Assembly: GCA_965203275.1 (NCBI GenBank)
Contig: OZ241865.1
Span: forward strand, 1,408,001 to 1,472,000
Origin: Bdellovibrionales bacterium
Lineage (GTDB): Bacteria; Bdellovibrionota; Bdellovibrionia; Bdellovibrionales; JAUICD01
Length of the DNA: 64,000 bases
Direction: 5' to 3'
In this document: positions 29,170-39,146 of the stretch, piece by piece
Layout of the letters: each line of letters opens with the position of its first letter
How positions within the stretch are numbered: the stretch's first letter is position 1
Notes under the pieces: generated by a model
Seen by the model: only the letters and a program-made list of their open reading frames with translations
The model's database searches: none
What the model was told of the DNA's origin: nothing
Translations under genes and position numbers: made by a program

Positions 29170-30346
29170 AATTTGCTTCTAAATTTTCAACTGATTTGAC
29201 CTTCATAAATAAATACTCAGCTGTTTGGTCAATAGATATTCTTTTGTTTAAGTATCTATTAAATACCAAATTGAGATATGGTTTCCCTAAGTAAGAAATT
29301 TTTGTATTATAATAATCTGCACCAGATTTCTTTTTGGCTTTTTGATTTGACTGTTCTTGAAACTCCTTTTGAATCTTCTCAATAAAATTACGGTATTCTG
29401 TTTTTGTTATTTGTTTTTTATCTAAAAACTTCCTTAAAATGACCTCTCTACTCACTTTATATGATTTTGCTAAACTTTCTGTAATATTTTTAATGGCATT
29501 GACGCCTTCAATATGAGAAGGATTGTGAGAAGAATATTTCTTTATTTCATTTTTAAGATCGTTACTTGGAACGAGAAATTCTGCTGCAAATTTATTGCAA
29601 AAATTTTCTATTTTTTTATCATCACCATCTAAATGTTTAAGGTATTGATCGCTGAATGCAAAATCAATATGACTTCCTTGATAAAGTAAATGAGCTAATT
29701 CATGGAACAATGTAAAAATTTGTTTTGTTTCAGTTGATGTGTTGTTGACACAGATAATTGGAAATGTTTTATCATAAAGACAAAATCCTGAATAATCATC
29801 GGACCTAAAAGCATTTTTAAAAACAAAAATACCTTTTTGTGTTAATAATTTTCGCCAATGGTCAAAAGCTTCTTTTGAAGATGACCATTGTTTTTGTTTG
29901 ACAATATCAACGCCTAAAAAGCTTCTTACTTCTTTAGCAAAATCTTTTACATTTATGTTTTTTTCAATCTTAATTTTTTTCGTAATCAATTGGTCTTCAT
30001 AAGGATTCTTTTCATTACATAATTCTAACAAATTCATTTGAAGTATTTTGCCTTCTCTTAATACAAACCTGACAGATGGTGGTATCGCTTTTTGTTGAAT
30101 ACTAGGAATGGTACGAAAAGATTTTTCTATGCTCTCTTCTTGAGGCACTTGTGGGAAAAAGAACAACACAAGAGGTCTTTTATATTTATCAGATAGTTCT
30201 TCTAATTGAATGTAAGTAGGATATTTAGTTCCATTTTCCCATGCAGAAATATTTTTAAATGACTTTTGCACTTGATCTATTTTAAAACCGGCAGTTTCTC
30301 TTGCCCACTTTAAAATGTCAGGGTTGATATTATTGCATTTTGTCAT
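29165..30346 (-). CDS. XRE-HTH + ImmA/IrrE family metallo-endopeptidase
   Basis: INPDILKWARETAG HTH; FTLFHELAH; ENFCNKFAAEFLVP. Confidence 0.9.
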   Translation of the reverse strand: MTKCNNINPDILKWARETAGFKIDQVQKSFKNISAWENGTKYPTYIQLEELSDKYKRPLVLFFFPQVPQEESIEKSFRTIPSIQQKAIPPSVRFVLREGKILQMNLLELCNEKNPYEDQLITKKIKIEKNINVKDFAKEVRSFLGVDIVKQKQWSSSKEAFDHWRKLLTQKGIFVFKNAFRSDDYSGFCLYDKTFPIICVNNTSTETKQIFTLFHELAHLLYQGSHIDFAFSDQYLKHLDGDDKKIENFCNKFAAEFLVPSNDLKNEIKKYSSHNPSHIEGVNAIKNITESLAKSYKVSREVILRKFLDKKQITKTEYRNFIEKIQKEFQEQSNQKAKKKSGADYYNTKISYLGKPYLNLVFNRYLNKRISIDQTAEYLFMKVKSVENLEANY

Positions 30347-30546
30347 AACTTCTCTTATTCTGTAAATTTCTATAAAGTTTTATAAGTATTAAGTTAAAAA
30401 GTCATCCATTATTTTTCCGATTCCCGATGGATGACTTTAACTTAACATAGAGAACCTAACTTATAAAAACTTAATAAATTTATCAAACTTATGAAAAAGT
30501 TAAAAACCATATAAGTTTTAGCTTCCTCGTCAGTTAATTTCAGAAA

Positions 30547-31218
30547 TTACCTATTAACATTAACCTCATCAGCAGTATCAGAATGAGCTGCTTGACAGCT
30601 ACGCATCTCTTCTTCAAAGTTGGTAGAAAAATCATCTATCATATCTCGTATCGCATGCTGTTTTTGTACAAAGGTCGTTCCGTACTCAAAATCAACGCTG
30701 ATTCCTCTGAGAAAAAGTGCTGTCAACAATTCTGAGGTGTGTCTGATACAAGGAGGTGACAGACGATCTATATTATTTTCAACATTTTGTAAAATCATTT
30801 GATCATCTATTACCGCATTGCTATCATTTGCACATTGTTGTGCAGAGACAAAGAAATTACATCCTTTATAATAATTTCTTAGTCCGCTTATTAAAAAATT
30901 GACTCTATCGGTACCTTCGGCATTGGCCTGTTCGAAAAGGATCTCTTGTATTCCCTCTATTCTCCCGTTATACACTTTAGAATATAAAAAATAGTCAGAA
31001 TAGCTGTATAATTTAACAGGATTACTAAAAGCAATAGTAGCAATTGTAGTAATGAATTCTTTTACATCTGCTTCATTGCTCTGGGTTGCTTGAGTAACTT
31101 CATTAACTTGCGAAATAGATTCTTCACTATAACCAATTAAGATCACTAATGATAAACTGAAAATACTTAAAATGTTTTTCATAATATTTCTCCTTTTTAA
31201 ATAAAATAAATGATTCAA
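30547..31218 (-). CDS. Secreted protein, MKNILS/DEVNR family paralog B (likely start 31182)
   Basis: Same leader and tail; near-identical to paralog C over most of its length. Confidence 0.8.
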   Translation of the reverse strand: MNHLFYLKRRNIMKNILSIFSLSLVILIGYSEESISQVNEVTQATQSNEADVKEFITTIATIAFSNPVKLYSYSDYFLYSKVYNGRIEGIQEILFEQANAEGTDRVNFLISGLRNYYKGCNFFVSAQQCANDSNAVIDDQMILQNVENNIDRLSPPCIRHTSELLTALFLRGISVDFEYGTTFVQKQHAIRDMIDDFSTNFEEEMRSCQAAHSDTADEVNVNR

Positions 31219-31688
31219 TAAATAAAAACTTCTTCTACCTTCTAAAATTCTTAAAAATTCTAAAGGTATTATAAGCTTGACTTATAACATCACTTCAGAA
31301 CAAAAGTCAAGGCAAATTTTAAATTTTTCTAAAATTTATAAAACCACATGTAAGATTTACATATTTTGAGATTCAAAGTTTGACGTTTGACAGCTAAAAA
31401 AACAAGATAGAGGAACTTCAATAGGTTATTAAAAATAAAAAGATTTTTTGCAACTAATGTAACGACTAATTCAAACAAACATAATCATTAAAATGAACTA
31501 TCAAAATCAAAACAAAGTGCAACACTAGGCAGTTCAATCACATTTTTTGGAAAAAGGAAAAGCCAGAGGAGTTAAAGAAAGCCTTGAAAAACCGCATCAG
31601 AGCCACCATCAATGTATATGCTATTTCCCTTTTTCTTATATCTTTTATTATTTCACTTCAAAACTATTGATAACCTTTACTTAGTAAT

Positions 31689-32147
31689 TCACAAACCTAA
31701 CTGCTCTAAAGATGTTTTTTTGTCATAATCTGTTATTGTAGGAAAATATGGGTTTTTTGTTTCTTTTTTTATCTCTCTTATAATTTCTTTAAATAAACCT
31801 TTTCTCTTTCCATGAATTTTCTCTAAATGTTTCTGAAGTATAGTCAATAAAGTGTAGACTTGAGTTGGATCGTCATTGTAAAGTTCAATTATTGTATCTG
31901 TGAAATAAAGAATGGTTATTTCTATTGAATTATCTTCTTCTGTTTCTTTGTCTAATTGTTTCTGAAGTTTAGCTAAAGCGTGAGAGTATGTTGCTCGAAA
32001 ACGATAAGCGATTTTATTTTCTTCTTCCATTTTCTTATTCTTGAGGTATTTATTAAATGCATTGGTGTCTTTTTTAATAACATAAGTGATCACCAAAGTG
32101 AAAAAAGCAACTATGAGAGATAAAAGAGGTATTATGACATAATCCAA
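31689..32147 (-). CDS. Putative Panacea-associated toxin (N-terminal TM helix)
   Basis: Starts a few nt after the Panacea gene stop; hydrophobic N-terminus; no recognisable domain. Confidence 0.55.
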   Translation of the reverse strand: MDYVIIPLLSLIVAFFTLVITYVIKKDTNAFNKYLKNKKMEEENKIAYRFRATYSHALAKLQKQLDKETEEDNSIEITILYFTDTIIELYNDDPTQVYTLLTILQKHLEKIHGKRKGLFKEIIREIKKETKNPYFPTITDYDKKTSLEQLGL

Positions 32148-32150
32148 AGT

Positions 32151-32675
32151 TTATAATCCTTTTGTATCCTGCTTTGTGCCACCTATTTCTATATCTTTAT
32201 AGTATTTTTTTATAGAATCATCAGAGATTGTGTTAAAGGTATTGCTATCAGGATCGTAAACATTTTTCCATGGGGTTCCTTTTTGATGTGTTCGTTCTGA
32301 CAAATATGAACTAGGAAATTTTTTATATTTATGATAAACTTGTTCCATCATTTCAGTTGCTTCTTTTGAAAAATTGTCATTAATTTGATTTCCATTCTCA
32401 TCAAGGGCAAGTTTGCCCACTGGTACTATAGAACCTTCTTTTAAAGTAAGTGATCGAAAAACAAAAAGTATTGTTGGAATAATAGGACCATATCGCCATG
32501 CTTCAAATGGTGTATTAGACAGATGTTGATTATGCTTTGCTAACAAAAACCCATGAGCAATATAAGTAAATTTAAGAATATGTGTTAAATAAATATTTCT
32601 TTTATTTCTGTCAGAATCATTATTTTTAAGTTGAATAAAATAATTTGCAATAGCTATGGGGTTATAACCTGCCAT
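32151..32675 (-). CDS. Panacea (SocA/DUF4065, GepA-like) antitoxin
   Basis: IANYFI, LKFTYIAHG, FEAWRYGP, LSERTH..GTPW, ISDDSIKKYY. Confidence 0.88.
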   Translation of the reverse strand: MAGYNPIAIANYFIQLKNNDSDRNKRNIYLTHILKFTYIAHGFLLAKHNQHLSNTPFEAWRYGPIIPTILFVFRSLTLKEGSIVPVGKLALDENGNQINDNFSKEATEMMEQVYHKYKKFPSSYLSERTHQKGTPWKNVYDPDSNTFNTISDDSIKKYYKDIEIGGTKQDTKGL

Positions 32676-33035
32676 TATGTTCCCTGTCTCCTTTTATTTG
32701 AGTGTCTTCCATTTTTTTATTGCAATTACATCGAAAAAATAAAATCCCTATAATCTCTATAATTAAAGTATATATTAGGGTGTACCCTTATTCAAAATAA
32801 ATTCATGTTGACTCTAGCCTTATGTGTCATCCTGATACACAATAAGGATTTTTACTTAGAACTTAAGACTTAGAACTTAGAACTTAGAACAAATTAAGAA
32901 AGGAGTCATTTTTAACACTTAGATCATTTTAAGGATTATGTTACCTAAGTTATTGTTTTAAAAAGATTTTTTTGATGCCGTATGGCCGGATCCCAGATCC
33001 AGGATAAACACAATGTTAAGGAAACATGCTATAAG

Positions 33036-35504
33036 CTATGAATTTCTAATAGCAAAATTTAAAGTTTCATCTTTTAATTTGTTATGTAATTCTTTGATCT
33101 CTTTTGATCTAGGATGTGCTTTTAAAGCCTTTTTCATAAATTCCCATAATCTTGCAATATATTCTTTTCTTTTTTGAATATCTTGAATTCCTTTTTTAGC
33201 CCATTTTAAACCTTGAGTACCTAGAATATGATAAGGACGAATATCTTTATAACCTCTTTCATCTATTAAATTTATTATCTCCTCATAAGCTTCTCCAGCC
33301 AGAAAATGCGATTTTTCATTGTGGGGTGCAGATAATACTTGTTGAAATTTTAAATTAGCTAAAGAAGTTCTTACCAAAGGGTCTTTAGGATTAAGTCCGT
33401 AAGATTGATTCAGATAATTTTCAGCAAGATCAATACGATTAACGGCTAACATAAAGCAACCTCTTTGCAACCAAAAGTGATGATGATCTTTTTGCAAATC
33501 TTCTATGTCCTCATAGAGCTTATAAACCTCATTGTGTGGCTTATAAGTTATCTTTAATAGTCTTTCATGGTTAATGATATGTTTTAAAAGCCTTTGCATC
33601 CTTTTTGTTTCAGACGTTTTCTCTATAGATTTAATGGCTGCTATCCTTGCTAATCTAGCATAAAATTTAATTAAATGGTTTTCTGATGATAATCTCTGAC
33701 ATATTTCTTCTGCAATGACTTTATGTCTTAATTGAATACGGCCTTTATTTTCTATAAATAAATTTCTTCTGATCAATTTGTCTATATGGTTAGAATGTGA
33801 ATTGCTCGCCTGATCTATTCCAAGCATGATTTCTTCTTTTAAAAGACCACAGTTGTAATTTGTAGCCACAGATGTTAAATAATAAATAGCCCTGGATGCT
33901 TCATCTAGCTGTTCTGATTCTTCATAGATTTTGTCTTTAAACTTTTTGCCTGAAGTAGATTCAATCATTGCGACTAATAATTGTCTTTGATAATTTCCTT
34001 TAAATATAGACCTTTGCTCATCTAAACTTTTCCCTTTTAAATATCCTAGTAGATTTTTTTGATCTAGTATTTTTAAGATTTTATCTATTTCATTATCTAA
34101 TAATCTGTATGTTGCAAATTCTTGAACGTCCTTTTTATTTTGAAAAAGTGGGCTTTCTATAATGTTATCTACCTTATTTGATCTTATCATTAAAACAATA
34201 GTTTTGAGAATATTTTGATTAGCTAATCTTGAGAGTATTTGAGGAAACCCTATTCCGTACATATCAGGAGTATCAATAAATAAAGCATTCATACTTTCAT
34301 TTTTTTCTAAAAAAGGTATAATTTGATGAGGAGGAATATCTGAATTGCGGTCAATCCAACCAACAATATAACTGTGATCTAATAAAGATAAAGCTATTTT
34401 CATAGCTAAAGATGTTTTACCATCGCCTGCTGTTCCAGTAATGATAAATATAGGAGTTGATTCCTTTTTTTTGTAATTTAGAATTTTTCTTGTCCATTCT
34501 TTTTCTTTGTCTCTTTCAATTGCAATACCTTCTGTCATGTCTTTCCAGGTCGGTTCTGCTCCTAGAAGGTAAGGACTCCTTATTTGAGATGTTTTTTGTA
34601 TCATCAAATCAGAAACAAGAGGAATATCATTTACTGTTGATGTACTAGAAGTACTTTGGATTTTTTGTATGCCTGCTTCAGTTTCATTTTTGAGTGGTAA
34701 TAAAAATTCTTTTGAAAATTCTTGAAAAGTTTGAGGTATCCATTCAATATTATAATCTTTTAAACGCATTTCTTTTAATTTTGATAGCTTTGGAATAACT
34801 ATAAATGATCTTGGTCTGAATTCTGTAGAACCTCTGCCTTTTTCTTTCCTAAGATGGATATAATGCCATAATGATTCTTCATCTAACTGACTGCCTATAA
34901 ATATAGTTGGATATTGTAAAAGCTTTGCAGTGAGAGACATATAAGATGCATTAGAATGTAGAGTATTGATAGCAGATTGTTCCCTAGAAAAAATAACATT
35001 GTCAGGCAGGTCCTCTAGCATTCCATTTAAGTGATTTACTATTAAATCTTTTTGATCATTAACCTCTTTTTGAGGTGGTGTACTTTCAGATATACAAACT
35101 ATTTTGCGATCAAAATTAAACCGGGCTTGTGTTGCCCTAAAAAGATCGTCTATGTTTAATGTATAAATTACTTTCCAAGGTTGATGAATAAGAATTTTAT
35201 ATTCCTCTGTAAGACTTTGAGAATCTACTGTAAGGCGTTGTTTTAAGTAGTTACAAAGCTGTTTTTCTCCTTTTTGTCTAGCTAATTCAAAAACATCTGC
35301 CAATGAATATGACTCTTCAAAAGAATCGTCAGGATAAAAGTTTTTCCAAATTTCTTTTGATAAATCCTTAGATGTAGGTAAAGCTTGCCCCTTCTTATCC
35401 TTTGCTCCTACAGAAAATCCGGCACCAGTAAAAAGCATTAAATGAGCTGTTGATAGCTTTCCTTTTAAATAATCTATTATGCTTTTCTTTTGTCTTTCAT
35501 CCAT
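33036..35504 (-). CDS. SIR2-like + P-loop NTPase (STAND-like) + TPR protein, probable anti-phage defence
   Basis: LFTGAGFS, YTLNID, HLNG, IFIGSQLDE (SIR2_2); Walker A GTAGDGKT; C-terminal FWLQRG…LAENYLNQS TPR-like helices. Confidence 0.85.
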   Translation of the reverse strand: MDERQKKSIIDYLKGKLSTAHLMLFTGAGFSVGAKDKKGQALPTSKDLSKEIWKNFYPDDSFEESYSLADVFELARQKGEKQLCNYLKQRLTVDSQSLTEEYKILIHQPWKVIYTLNIDDLFRATQARFNFDRKIVCISESTPPQKEVNDQKDLIVNHLNGMLEDLPDNVIFSREQSAINTLHSNASYMSLTAKLLQYPTIFIGSQLDEESLWHYIHLRKEKGRGSTEFRPRSFIVIPKLSKLKEMRLKDYNIEWIPQTFQEFSKEFLLPLKNETEAGIQKIQSTSSTSTVNDIPLVSDLMIQKTSQIRSPYLLGAEPTWKDMTEGIAIERDKEKEWTRKILNYKKKESTPIFIITGTAGDGKTSLAMKIALSLLDHSYIVGWIDRNSDIPPHQIIPFLEKNESMNALFIDTPDMYGIGFPQILSRLANQNILKTIVLMIRSNKVDNIIESPLFQNKKDVQEFATYRLLDNEIDKILKILDQKNLLGYLKGKSLDEQRSIFKGNYQRQLLVAMIESTSGKKFKDKIYEESEQLDEASRAIYYLTSVATNYNCGLLKEEIMLGIDQASNSHSNHIDKLIRRNLFIENKGRIQLRHKVIAEEICQRLSSENHLIKFYARLARIAAIKSIEKTSETKRMQRLLKHIINHERLLKITYKPHNEVYKLYEDIEDLQKDHHHFWLQRGCFMLAVNRIDLAENYLNQSYGLNPKDPLVRTSLANLKFQQVLSAPHNEKSHFLAGEAYEEIINLIDERGYKDIRPYHILGTQGLKWAKKGIQDIQKRKEYIARLWEFMKKALKAHPRSKEIKELHNKLKDETLNFAIRNS

Positions 35505-35559
35505 TTTATATTTCGCTCCAAATTTTATAGTGATATGACTTATTTTACTTTGTCTCTGC

Positions 35560-35920
35560 CTTTGTCTTTATCATCACTTCCTTTTTACAAATAAAGGCTT
35601 CTTACACTTCATTTGACAATTTGACATATCCTACATGCTTTATTTTAACACTAACTTTAACGGATCGGCATTGCTTTTGTTCTTTTTTATGGTTTTGTGG
35701 GAGCTTTTAGGTCAAAATTTAAAATTTAATTCCAATGAATTCTTTGGTTCTACCCTCAGGTTTGACAAAATCAATACAGCAAGTGATGATCCTGCCTTTA
35801 TTTTTGACGGCAAAAGGTGATGCAGGATGTACAGCTTCAAATGTAGAATAGTCAGCAAATTTAAGCTCTTCCTTTGTTAAAAATAAAGATAAAAGATCTT
35901 TAATTCTATCTTCATCGTGA
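35560..35920 (-). pseudogene. Possible degraded gene fragment upstream of the SIR2-STAND gene
   Basis: Protein-like minus frame DEDRIKDLLSLFLTKEELKFADYSTFEAVHPASPFAVKNKGRIITCCIDFVKPEG… ending in stops, with no clear start. Confidence 0.3.
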
Positions 35921-35996
35921 CATATAAAACTTTGAAAAAGTTAAAACCATATAAGTTTTAGCTTCCTCGTCAGTTAAATTTAGTCAATTTCAGAAA

Positions 35997-36914
35997 CTAC
36001 CTATTAACCTCAGTAGCAACAATCTTTGTTTTCTTGAAGTGTAGTGTGTATTCAGCGTCTTCACTGTTGTCAATCTCAAATGTGACAAAACTACCATCTT
36101 GAGAGACATAATTAAGCCCTGAAAAATCAGCAGTATCAGAATTACGTTCTTGAATTGTGTATTCAGCGTCTTCACTGTTGTTAATCTCAAATGTGACAAA
36201 ACTACTATCTTGAGAGACAAAATTAAGCCCTGAAAAATCAGCAGTATCAGAATTATTATTACTTTCAGAACTACTATTACGTGCTTGACAGCTACGCATC
36301 TCTTCTTCAAAGTTGGTAGAAAAATCATCTATCAGATCTCGTATCGCATTCTGTTTTTGTACAAAAGTCGTTCCGTACTCAAAATCAACGCTGATTCCTC
36401 TGAGAAAAAGTGCTGTCAACAATTCTGAGGTGTGTCTGATACAAGGAGGTGACAGACGATCTATATTATTTTCAACATTTTGTAAAATCATTTGATCATC
36501 TATTACCGCATTGCTATCATTTGCACATTGTTGTGCAGAGACAAAGAAATTACATCCTTTATAATAATTTCTTAGTCCGCTTATTAAAAAATTGACTCTA
36601 TCGGTACCTTCGGCATTGGCCTGTTCGGAAAGGATCTCTTGTATTTCCTCTACTCTCCCGTAATACACTTTAGAATATAAAAAATAGTCAGAATAGCTGT
36701 ATAATTTAGCAGGATTACTAAAAGCAACAATAGTAGCAATAGTAGTAAAGAATTCTTTTACATCTGCTTCATTGCTCTGGGTTGCTTGAGTAACTTCATT
36801 AACTTGTGAAATAGATTCTTCACTATAACCAATTAAAATCACTAATGATAAACTTAAAATACTTAAAATGTTTTTCATAATATTTCTCCTTTTTAAATAA
36901 AATAAATGATTCAA
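35997..36914 (-). CDS. Secreted protein, MKNILS/DEVNR family paralog C with C-terminal 37-aa (111-bp) duplication (likely start 36878)
   Basis: Near-identical to paralog B plus two NSDTADFSGLN…SEDAEYT units. Confidence 0.8.
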   Translation of the reverse strand: MNHLFYLKRRNIMKNILSILSLSLVILIGYSEESISQVNEVTQATQSNEADVKEFFTTIATIVAFSNPAKLYSYSDYFLYSKVYYGRVEEIQEILSEQANAEGTDRVNFLISGLRNYYKGCNFFVSAQQCANDSNAVIDDQMILQNVENNIDRLSPPCIRHTSELLTALFLRGISVDFEYGTTFVQKQNAIRDLIDDFSTNFEEEMRSCQARNSSSESNNNSDTADFSGLNFVSQDSSFVTFEINNSEDAEYTIQERNSDTADFSGLNYVSQDGSFVTFEIDNSEDAEYTLHFKKTKIVATEVNR

Positions 36915-37314
36915 TAAATAAAAACTTCTTCTACCTTCTAAAATTCTTAAAAATTCTAAAGGTATTATAAGCTTGACTTATAACATCACTTCAGAACAAA
37001 AGTCAAGGCAAATTTTAAATTTTTCTAAAATTTATAAAACCACATGTAAGATTTACATATTTTGAGATTCAAAGTTTGACGTTTGACAGCTAAAAAAACA
37101 AGATAGAGGACAAATTTAAAAATTTAGATTCAAACTGAAACATCAAAAAGCATCAAACAAGAAAGTGACAAAAAACTGAAAGAAGGCAAAAGTACCTAGC
37201 AACAATATATATATAAGGTGATTGGAAAGACAAGCTACATCCTCTTGACCAAGGGCTTGATATAGTATATACTTTCATGGTTATTGTTTTTTACAACTTA
37301 AAAGGAATCTAATA

Positions 37315-38382
37315 ATGATTAAAAATATCTTTTTTTATTTAACATTTATTTTAACATTTATTTTATCAATAGCTACATTTTCAAAATCCAAACAACCTCT
37401 AATAAAAAGTGAGATTGTCAGACAGACAGGTTTGGTAGAAGGACTTGAGGAAGTGCATGATGAGGTAGTCGAAGAAGATGCTAGTGAAATATTTGATAAT
37501 TCAATAGAACAGGACCTTGACGTAAGGAAAAACATAAGAAGGGTATATATTAGAGGTATTGGAGATATTATAGAAGATAATATTGAAACAGATCCTGAGT
37601 TTATGGAGTATATTAAGGAGTATAACCTTCTTAAAAGACAATACCTAAACGACTCTATAAATTCAGATATAAAAATACTTTTTTCTATCAAGCCATTACG
37701 TGACAATCATCCCAATCCAGTTTTACGTGCTAACTTTGAACAAATGCCTTTTGAAGGTTCTGCTATTTGCTTCAACTTAAGTGAATATAAATATAAATAC
37801 ATCGTTATAGATCGTAGTTTTTGGCAATATCATAGAAATAATCCAAATCTTAAAAAGGCTATTTTATTCCATGAAATAGGGCATTGCGATTTAGATAGAG
37901 AACATAATTTGGGTGAATTTTCTTTTATGAATCTATATGTCATATACTTTTTACTACCTAACTATCAATTTTATATAGATCGCATACCTCATTTAGCTCT
38001 AAGTAGAGTCTATGTTCAAAAATTCAATAGTGAATTCAATAATGATCCCGAGTTATTATTAGCAACGTTATATGAGGAGCTTTTCAAATCGCTCATACTT
38101 GAGGAAAGTGTTCTAAGTGATGTAGATAAAGTAAGAGCCTTACTTAAAGCTGGCTTTGATGTGAACCATCAAGCCCATAGTGGTGAGACAGCTTTAATAT
38201 GGGCTAGTATGTCCAACCACATTGAGACAGTACAAATTTTGATCAGTGCCGGTGCTGATGTGAACCATAAGAGCAATATTGGACTGACAGCTTTGAAAGC
38301 TGCCAGAGAACAAAGGCATGATCAAATAGTACAGATTTTGATAGAGGCCGGGGCTATAGAATCGTCCCATGATTTATTTTAA
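37315..38382 (+). CDS. Secreted Zn-metallopeptidase-like domain + ankyrin repeats
   Basis: Signal/anchor helix; FHEIGHCDLDREH; ankyrin repeats GETALIWAS…AGADVNH…GLTAL. Confidence 0.8.
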   Translation: MIKNIFFYLTFILTFILSIATFSKSKQPLIKSEIVRQTGLVEGLEEVHDEVVEEDASEIFDNSIEQDLDVRKNIRRVYIRGIGDIIEDNIETDPEFMEYIKEYNLLKRQYLNDSINSDIKILFSIKPLRDNHPNPVLRANFEQMPFEGSAICFNLSEYKYKYIVIDRSFWQYHRNNPNLKKAILFHEIGHCDLDREHNLGEFSFMNLYVIYFLLPNYQFYIDRIPHLALSRVYVQKFNSEFNNDPELLLATLYEELFKSLILEESVLSDVDKVRALLKAGFDVNHQAHSGETALIWASMSNHIETVQILISAGADVNHKSNIGLTALKAAREQRHDQIVQILIEAGAIESSHDLF

Positions 38383-39146
38383 TTAAGTAAGAGCATTTTA
38401 AGGACTCTGCTTATTTTAAAAAATACAAAAGCTCTAAAAGCTCAATATACAGGCATTCAGTTAAGTTATTCGGCGAGGAGTTAAGATTGACTATTTTTGT
38501 AACCAAGCCCTTACAAAGTGAATAATTATTAGAGAAAACAGGAAGAATTGATTTTTGTACTCATATTGATTGTAAAAATGTAAAAGGCAAAGAACTTTTT
38601 GCACATATTTATCACCAACAAGTAAATAATAAAATTCTTGATAGATTCATTAATCAAAAATATCAACAAGAATGATTTGGAAAATAGTTGGAAAATGAAA
38701 AGAAATATACCTCTACTGAAAAATAAAATACAACGATATTTAGATGGCTTTAAAGCTAAGGATATAAAACAATTAAAAATAACATTTAACTGGAAAGACA
38801 GTAAACAATATTCTGCCCTTTCTGATGTGATATTTATTACAAAGTAAAAATGCTCATAAGTAAAGCTTTCTGAAAAAATACCTCCACATCCTCAAATCAA
38901 CTGTCAAACTCAGGATTTACAAGTGCGGAAAGGTTCTAGCACAATCATCAGTTGAAGTAGTATATTAAAAGCTTTCACAATTGTCAAATTGCTTCACTTT
39001 GAGTGAAACAAACGACTGAGTTACTTTTGTCAGCTATAGAATCCTCCAGAGTTATTTATATTTCTAAATTGCTTGTTTCGGGTATAGGATTATTTTCTAA
39101 GAAAGTAAAATAAAACAAAAGGGCTGTTAAGCTCTTTTGCCATAGA

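Noticed and set aside
32855..32892. (ttagaac)n heptamer run; also 10-mer reiterations at ~14230-14265
   Set aside because: Short simple repeats with no evident link to a promoter or reading frame.
30547..36914. Diversity-generating retroelement (TR/VR) between paralogs B and C
   Set aside because: The differences are few, include indels and are not clearly adenine-specific; both copies are full genes; no reverse transcriptase in the window.
38400..38847. 69-aa ORF and upstream broken frames
   Set aside because: Possibly a decayed gene, but there is no recognisable motif or RBS; not supportable as a CDS.
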